A DNA stretch of 61,938 nt, counting the filler, from Choristocarpus tenellus KU-1152 (taxonomy: Eukaryota; Protista; Phaeophyceae), in assembly GCA_964200185.2 (NCBI GenBank). It is 6 parts of 6 records of this genome, joined end to end, with 100 filler letters (N's around TTAATTAATTAA, not from the genome) between each part and the next. Parts side by side here need not be neighbours in the genome. Positions count along the whole stretch, not along the records: positions 44,753 to 56,036 come from CAXNAD020002408.1; positions 56,137 to 59,058 come from CAXNAD020023639.1; positions 59,159 to 61,938 come from CAXNAD020024819.1; 3 more parts are not named here. One strand, given 5' to 3'. Made by a program: the position numbers and the translations under genes. The notes beneath the pieces were generated by a model. The model was not told the origin of the DNA. It did not search any database and worked only from the letters and a program-made list of their open reading frames with translations. Positions 54,920 through 61,938 of the stretch are shown here, one piece after another (the stretch's first letter is position 1; the number at the start of each line of letters is the position of its first letter).

Positions 54920-55276
54920 GTGAGTTCCTCTTTGTAGTTTTGTTTGTTTTGAGGATAGCTTCGTGTTGTTTCTTGAGTGAATGGATGTGCTTCTTGTCCC
55001 TGCGGGTCGAGGTGTTTGAAGGGTGCACTTGGAAAGAGGCGAGGCGTTTGACGTAGTAGACTTAACGTTTTAACTTTAATTGATGGTATGGTATGGTATT
55101 GTATTGACTGCCCAAGGTAGGGTTGAAGACGAGTGTGGAATTGCTATTGTTGCTTCCGTTGTTGGCGACAGGTGCGGTAATGTTTTATACCATTTTATTG
55201 CTCTGTTGACAGCCTGTTTGTTGGCCGGCGTGGTGTGAGATTTGTTTTGTCGATTGTCTCTCGGACTGAAAAGAGG

Positions 55277-55500
55277 CTAGTAGTGGGTTTTTTGCTAGTG
55301 AGAAGTGTGATGTGTATGATAAGTATATTGTTGTTTGTGATACTGTAACAGCTTGCGTTGGGGTGATTGTCAAATGACGTATTGTTGGGCTAGTAGTGGG
55401 TTTTTTGCTAGTGAGAAGTGTGATGTGTATGATAAGTATATTGTTGTTTGTGAAACTGTAGCAGCTTGCGTTGGGGTGATTGTCAAACGACGTATTGTTG
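55277..55500. repeat. Near-identical tandem duplication of ~112 bp
   Basis: GCTAGTAGTGGGTTTTTTGCTAGTGAGAAG...GACGTATTGTTG repeated head-to-tail. Confidence 0.9.
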
Positions 55501-55885
55501 TTGGTTGAGTTCTGTTTAATGTTTGAAATAAGGGATTGGGTTAGTCGGTGGTGTTGTGTGAATATGAGAAAACAGTTGGTGATAAGCGTGTAACTCCTTC
55601 TACCATTAGGAGGTAAAAGGGGTATGTTGTCGTTCTGGTTCAATGAGTGCCAATTTCCAACTTGGCAGAACATGGAAATTTCTGGGTTAGGCGGTGGCCT
55701 GCTAGGGTAATCATGCTTCTATGTTTTTTGTGTTGGTTCTGATGTGAGTTTAACATCGACCAGTCACATAGCAGTCTGTATAACTATGGAGCTCAATTGT
55801 GTGGAATGGGATTAGAATTGGATACTAGAGTTGAAGTGAAGAGGGTAAGACCACAGTTTGAAGTACTTATCAGTGGTGAATAAGA

Positions 55886-56036
55886 GACCCAAAGTATCTG
55901 GGCGGGAAGGAGGCTTTCCATTCCAGGCCCATTTTTTCTTGTCACAGTTTTTGTGTGCTTTGGTTGCATGCGTCAGATGGATAATGTAAGTGCACTTATC
56001 CTGATCAGGGCCCAAATAGACACCCTGGTGTAGACC
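55886..56036. mobile_element. MITE subfamily B copy cut by contig edge
   Basis: GACCCAAAGTATCTGGG...GCATGCGTCAGATGGATAATGTAAGTGCAC...CTGGTGTAGAC. Confidence 0.85.
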
Positions 56037-56136
56037 NNNNNNNNNNNNNNNNNNNNNNNNNNNNNNNNNNNNNNNNNNNNTTAATTAATTAANNNNNNNN
56101 NNNNNNNNNNNNNNNNNNNNNNNNNNNNNNNNNNNN
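56037..56136. other. Artificial contig linker
   Basis: 44N-TTAATTAATTAA-44N. Confidence 0.97.
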
Positions 56137-56644
56137 AAAGCAGAGGAGAGGACTTGAGAGTTGGTCGATGGGGGTCGAACAAGCCAGTTAGTTGCCCCTG
56201 CGCACGCCACCAAATTAAAAAAAAAAAAACCTAGAGCCTTTGTGAAGGGCAGTTCCGGCTGGAAACTCCTCTTGAATGCGAAGAATGCCCTTTGTTGTAG
56301 AGCCAGTTCAGAAGAACGGACAAGGAAGGGCGTATAGATTTCTGTACCAAAGAAGTGGTAATCACACAGTGATATCAGAGTCAAAGAGAAAATCCCTTAA
56401 GCAAGCCTTAAGAGCTGACTTGTAATATTTTGGTTTTTATTTCCACCCGAATGGCAGCCTTCAAAAAGCCCCAGCGAAGCATGGCAATGCTTGCAAAATT
56501 ACAGCGGATGCATCTGAGTTGATTTGGTACTTGGCAGGGCATACCGTACATTTCACGTCCTCAGACCGTTTTCAGACCGTTTTCGGACCGTTTTAATTCC
56601 GGTCACATGGATGGACGTTGCAGATTGACAAAAAGAGTGGAACA

Positions 56645-56828
56645 GGCTCAAAGTGTCTGGAGGGGGGGGGGACTGTCAATTTAGGGCCCATCTTTCCATG
56701 TTTGCAATTTTTTGGTGATTTGGTCGCATGCATCAGATGGATAATGTAATTGCACATCTCCTGGTCAGGCCCCACCAAATGGATACCCTAGTGTAGACAC
56801 ACACACACACCCCCAGATACTTCGAGCC
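56645..56828. mobile_element. MITE subfamily B full copy with ACA TSD
   Basis: aca|GGCTCAAAGTGTCTGGAGGG ... CCCCCAGATACTTCGAGCC|aca. Confidence 0.88.
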
Positions 56829-57275
56829 ACACACTTTAGCAGCTACTTACCTTGCCTATCCCCCCCCGGTCCTCGGTCTAGAGTTGACAACAATGCATAT
56901 ATATTTTTTAATCATAGGTTTCTGAAACCGATTTTTGTCCTCCGTACCGTTCCGAAACAGAACGACATCAATATATGGGAACTGGTAAGAGGCACCCCAC
57001 CCCCACTCACGCTTCAGAGACGCCATCTGTGATCATCTTCCTGAGGTCTTCGCTGCCCTCGATCTCATTGCCTTCCACATCATCTACCTGATACTGGAGT
57101 CGAACAATCGTGGAATTCGAACCTATTATTTCCCTGTCGATGTTGGGGGGGGGTGGGTGGGGAAGGAGTCACGTCATGTTCAGCGGAGACTTGGCATATA
57201 TCCTCTCCCTTCCTCCCCCCCCCCCCCCCACCTGCGGGGGGGGGGGGAGGGGGGGGGGGTATCGTATATTTTTTT

Positions 57276-57311
<36 letters not shown>

Positions 57312-58607
57312 AGGAGTCACGTCATGTTCAGCGGAGACTTGGCATATATCCTCTCCCTCGTAGCACGTTTTTTTGGTGAGGGATAGTGTTGGGGAGTTTC
57401 CAAGGGCTGCCTGCATAGGTAGGCACACTCAAGGCTAAGGAAAGGAAAGGAAAGGAAAGTAAAGAAAAGGAAGGAAGGAAGGAAGGAAGGAAGGAGGGGA
57501 AGCATGTTTTGCTAGTATCTCTGGCTTCCACGATCTCCGTGACCTATGATGGTAGTGAAATTTACAAAATGTGTGATTGACAACCGGTCTGTAAACTACG
57601 CAGTAAAACATCGCCCACAACTTCAGAGGGCACACAATATGTGCATAAGTGTCCCGCCCGGACAAGAGCAGAAGAAATTTTCTCTCTACATCTGGGGCCG
57701 TCCGTCCCCCCGAATTTCCGGGCGAGGGAGGGGTTACACTTCAAAACATACAAGGCCAGCAAAGGTCCACATTCTTCTGGGATGGATACGATAAACAACA
57801 GGACCTTCCCAGTGCTACCCCGAAGGAAAAAGGGCCCAAGGACATCGAACCTGGACGAGTCAAGGGACAGGGCCTCCAATGAGCTCTTGCTCTTTTGATG
57901 CCAAAGCACCCCCCACTATGTCCACGTCTCCACAGCCCCCTAGTACAACCCCAAGTGTATCAATTAACACACTATATGATAAATATATGTATATATATAT
58001 TGCCCTTGATGGTCTTAATGTCTGCTCCTCTTGAAGCGCAGAAGGGTGTTTGTTTTTGTTGCAACGATTCTAGCAACCCTTGTCCCCCAAGCGGCTTCTC
58101 GCAGCCCCCCTGCCCCCCTCCTCTCGATCTGACTGCCACCAGCGTTTTCACGGCTGTTTGTCATTCTTCAACGATTGTCACATGGTCTCTTAAAGCCAGA
58201 TAGAACACAACTCTCACTCATCGTATTTCTCCGCCAGTGATTTATTTAGAGGGATAGGGTTAGATCTTCCACGCTTCCAACAACATCACGGTCTCAGAGG
58301 GGACATGCCGAGCTGGAGGAGGGGTTAGGATAAACATTTTCAAAGGGCAACAGCTGCACCTACGGGAGATAGACTACACGCGCTGGCTGCATGGGATCGC
58401 AAAAAAATAATAAGAAAGTATTTGCTACATGTTTTTATTCTTAAACGATGATGAAATATCACACATTTGTTTTGGCAATAAAGGCTATTTTAATGTTGCT
58501 ATTACTCCAAAAAAGACTATCCATTGGCACTATGAACTTGATGCGAAGTAGCCTCCCTAACCAAGTCCCCCAGCAATACATTCATAATGCTGCCAGTATC
58601 AACTCAC

Positions 58608-58947
58608 CGCGAGAATAGTATCAAAGCCTCCTCATTGAGGTCGTCTGCAACCCCGAGGGCGTCTTGTCCTGACTGGATGGCATCCATGTTGTCGCCATCA
58701 ATGGGGGCCAAAAGGCCGTCGTAGAAATCCGAAACCGATCTATTTGTGATAAGAGAGTTCACTCCAGCGATGGTGGCGTTTATTTGGAGGAGTGATGCCT
58801 CCGTATCATTTAAGATGGTGCTCACTGTTGTAATGTTCGCTGAACAATCAAACATCCATCGGCATTGTGGCAGCCACATTGGACAGAACAGAGTTGGGTT
58901 GGATATAGTCAAGAGAGGGATGGTGCCATTGGTCCCCGGTGCTGAGC
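58608..58947 (-). CDS. Probable exon of an extracellular/membrane glycoprotein (possibly frameshifted)
   Basis: Open frame between an AG and a GTGAGT donor, with sequons NGT, NIT, NDT, NAT and NRS and an amphipathic helical stretch. A further exon-like block lies at ~57009-57088. Confidence 0.45.
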
Positions 58948-59058
58948 TATCAGGGAGATGAGGGGAATCTATCGCATATGGTAAAAAGGGGGTTAATTGG
59001 TGTCAAGGACATGGATCACGAGGGGTAGCAGCAGGTGAAAGCGGAGACACTAATGGAG

Positions 59059-59158
59059 NNNNNNNNNNNNNNNNNNNNNNNNNNNNNNNNNNNNNNNNNN
59101 NNTTAATTAATTAANNNNNNNNNNNNNNNNNNNNNNNNNNNNNNNNNNNNNNNNNNNN
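59059..59158. other. Artificial contig linker
   Basis: 44N-TTAATTAATTAA-44N. Confidence 0.97.
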
Positions 59159-59274
59159 TCATTTGATTTGGTCGCATGTGTCGGATTTGAAATGTCAGCA
59201 AGAAAAAGAGTCGTTTGATCGAAACGGACGCCCCCTTTCAAACCCCCCCCCCCCCCCCCCAGATACTTTGACCC
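59159..59274. mobile_element. MITE subfamily A right half at contig edge
   Basis: Matches 60090-60198: GTGTCGGATTTGAAATG..GAAACGGACGCCC..(C)nAGATACTTTGACCC. Confidence 0.88.
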
Positions 59275-60020
59275 TGGCTGCTAAGTACTCATTGCAAAGT
59301 GCTTGCTCTGTTGCTAAGACAGTGACTAACTTATCGGAGTGTGCTTCAAGAGGCTATCTGTTGTGCAAAGGAACAATCAATGTGGCTATAGGATGTAGCT
59401 CTCTACCAGCAGTTTCAGTGATATACATACTGTGAACTTCCAAGTACACTAGGTGTACTTTCAATGTTTTATCATGTAGGGTTTCCATTTGCATTTACGG
59501 TGTTTGAAAAACCAATGATGATTTTGCATCGAAATAGAAATAAGTGGATTGAGGAAGTAATAATAGCTTTCCTAGAGCACAGACACACTGGCCGAATAAG
59601 GTGACCTCAATAGTGTAGCAGCCGGCAGGTGAAAGGGTGACCCTTTTTTGCCTGATCCTTGTACAATCAGAGTATTTGATCTTTGGGACAACACAAACCA
59701 CTGAACCATGAGAGGCATGTTTGACTTACATTCGCAAACGCTAGGTACACACAAATACACGCAATACCTAGCCATTCGCTACTGATGAACAAATTGCTAT
59801 AGAGGAGCATCATTGAAGAAACTGGGATCAAAGAGACCAGAAGGGAAGCCTCAAAACACCCATACTACACAAGAAATGGCGTTGCTCTTCATCCACTCCC
59901 ACCCCCACGTGCCATAAGTTTGTGTAGTGTATAGATTTATATCCCAGCATGTTTTCTTGTCCTAGTCACATGTCATTGCTTCTGTGTCCAAGCAGGCTCT
60001 GAAGAAAGGCAGGGTGGCAT

Positions 60021-60198
60021 GGGTCAAAGTATCTGGGGGGGGGTGTCAGCGTCCGTTTTTCACCCTTTTTTCGATTTTCACCTTATTGGTGTTATTTGGT
60101 TGCACGTGTCGGATTTGAAATGCCAACAAAAAAAAGAGTTGTTTGACCGAAACGGACGCCCTCTCACTAACCATCCCCCCCCCCAGATACTTTGACCC
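60021..60198. mobile_element. MITE subfamily A full copy with CAT TSD
   Basis: cat|GGGTCAAAGTATCTGGGGGGGGG ... CCCCCCCCCAGATACTTTGACCC|cat; perfect ~23-bp TIR. Confidence 0.92.
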
Positions 60199-60489
60199 CA
60201 TTGGTGTCGTTCCTCATTGAAGCTTGGGTCTATTGACCTTTATGAACGGCACAACTGCATTCATCCATTTGCCTTTCCTCCGCCACTACTCAAGTATCCC
60301 CTGCATACTTACTTTCCTACAGTGCTCAACCATTGCTTCAGTCTCTATTTGTCTGCTCCCCACCATGCAACCCAGCACATCAATAGATTTTGCAAGAGGT
60401 TACAACCCACCAACTGCTTCCTTCAACCTTTTTACCCCATTAACGCCTTCAACCCCTCCCATTGCTTTTTCCGATGTGCTTATTTTCAA

Positions 60490-61230
60490 CCTATGGTAAC
60501 ACTATTAAAAAAGGACGAAAGTTTGGCACTGATGCCAGTATGGAGGAGGGTGAAGGATTGGACACTCCACCCTTGACTCCTAGTTCATCCCCTAGAGCCA
60601 ATAGACCAGGCCCTGCCCTTTTGGGAGGAGAGGGAAGAGGAGGAGGGCAAAGAGGAGGAGAAAAAGATGAACCAATTGTTGCTTCAAAATTTTGCTTTAT
60701 TAGGGAAGGTTGGAGCTATTTCTGCAGGGATCCCTCATGCTACAGGTTTGGAAGGGTACTTTGCACCTGAGAAGAGGATAGGGGGAGTAGAGGAGGCTCT
60801 GGTCGGTGTATGTGCAAGAGAATTTTCATTTAGTCTTCTCTAGTAAGTGTAAATTTGGGGATACATCAGTTACCACAGAAACTTTTACATGTTAAATCTG
60901 TACAATTGTTAACTGCACCATATTCCTTTCTTTGTACCCTTCCTCCCCCCCTCCTCACCTCTCTCCTCTTACTTCATCTCTATTTCAATGACAGAGTGAC
61001 TGTTTTGTGTTATGTTTGTACCAATGATAAATAATACTATTAGTGACAAGGACCCTGCAGAAACCTTACGGTGTTTGAGAAAGGGACTGGATGTACTTCC
61101 GTCCTCTGCCTCACTCCTATTAAAACCGAGTGACTTCGGGGCGGGCATTCAAGTGGAACTATTGAAGCAGGTTCCTGGTACAATGGAGACACTGGATGTG
61201 GGACTCCTTGCTGGGAGCGTTCATGTTCAG
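60490..61230 (+). CDS. Probable internal exons of an unidentified protein
   Basis: An open frame ending TACAG|GTTTGG (~60745, phase 2) joins in phase to exon ~61044-61230 (DKDPAETLRCLRKGL..LDVGLLAGSVHVQ|GT). The 5' boundary is uncertain. Confidence 0.4.
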
Positions 61231-61938
61231 GTTGGGCTTGGGGATAGGAGGGGTACAGGAAGGGGGGCAGGTGGTGTATACCAGGTCTATAAATGGAATA
61301 GTTCCAGTTGTATGTGTGTGTATGCATATGAGGCCATTTCTCTAGTGATATGTAGAGAGAGGCATTTTCGGGCTCAGTACCAGACACCTATATTTACTAG
61401 TCTTGACTTCTATTGTAGTTATCTCCATTGAAATACTATTGACTACTGCAGGTTGGCAGGGATATTGATATTCAATAACATGTAACCATCAAAGCAGCAA
61501 CAATATCGTACATGCAGCATAGTTAGGTATGTTGGCCACTATAGTTAAAGCAGGTGGGCAATGCTGTCAGTGCTATTCTCTCTTTTGTGCTCACCTCCTA
61601 TGATGCTATGGTACAGGCTTAGTATGTTTCCCACCTTGAATATGAGAACCCTATTTCTTCCCCCCTCCCAAGCCACATCTCAATCCTCATAATGTTCACC
61701 AATCTGTTCCCTCTCCCTCCCTCCCACTGATGCATTTCTTGATTATAAACAGATTTCGGATGATTGGATTGGTTTCTTGCTCCGATGTGCTGATCTCTTG
61801 GCCAATCGCACTCGCCGATTGGCAATCACCTCTGCCAGGCCTGATCCTGCCATGATTGTGTCCTACAAGTATGGTTGGGGGGGGGGGGGGGGACAGGAAG
61901 GGGGGCAGGTGGTGTATACCAGGTCTATAAATGGAATA

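Overview
Intron-rich eukaryotic nuclear DNA (about 40-45% GC by eye). The protein styles suggest a stramenopile or alga, but this is inference only. The window is six contigs joined by artificial 100-bp linkers (44 N + TTAATTAATTAA + 44 N), so adjacency across linkers is not biological. Spliced genes reconstructed by hand with phase-consistent GT/GC-AG junctions: a C2-domain protein (complete, minus strand), the 3' part of a coiled-coil protein, a mitochondrial succinate/fumarate carrier (SFC1-like, 3'-truncated), a small 4-TM protein (complete), the 5' end of a TOR kinase, and an S10 serine carboxypeptidase (3'-truncated, one GC-AG intron) head-to-head with TOR. Also present: an isolated YbeY C-terminal exon, a full-length decayed plant-type mariner transposon, and at least 13 MITE copies in four subfamilies sharing one terminal motif (about GGGTCAAAGTA). 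I found no CRISPR array, RNA gene or convincing new multi-gene system. The most unusual signals are the shared-terminus MITE clan and the TOR 5' architecture.
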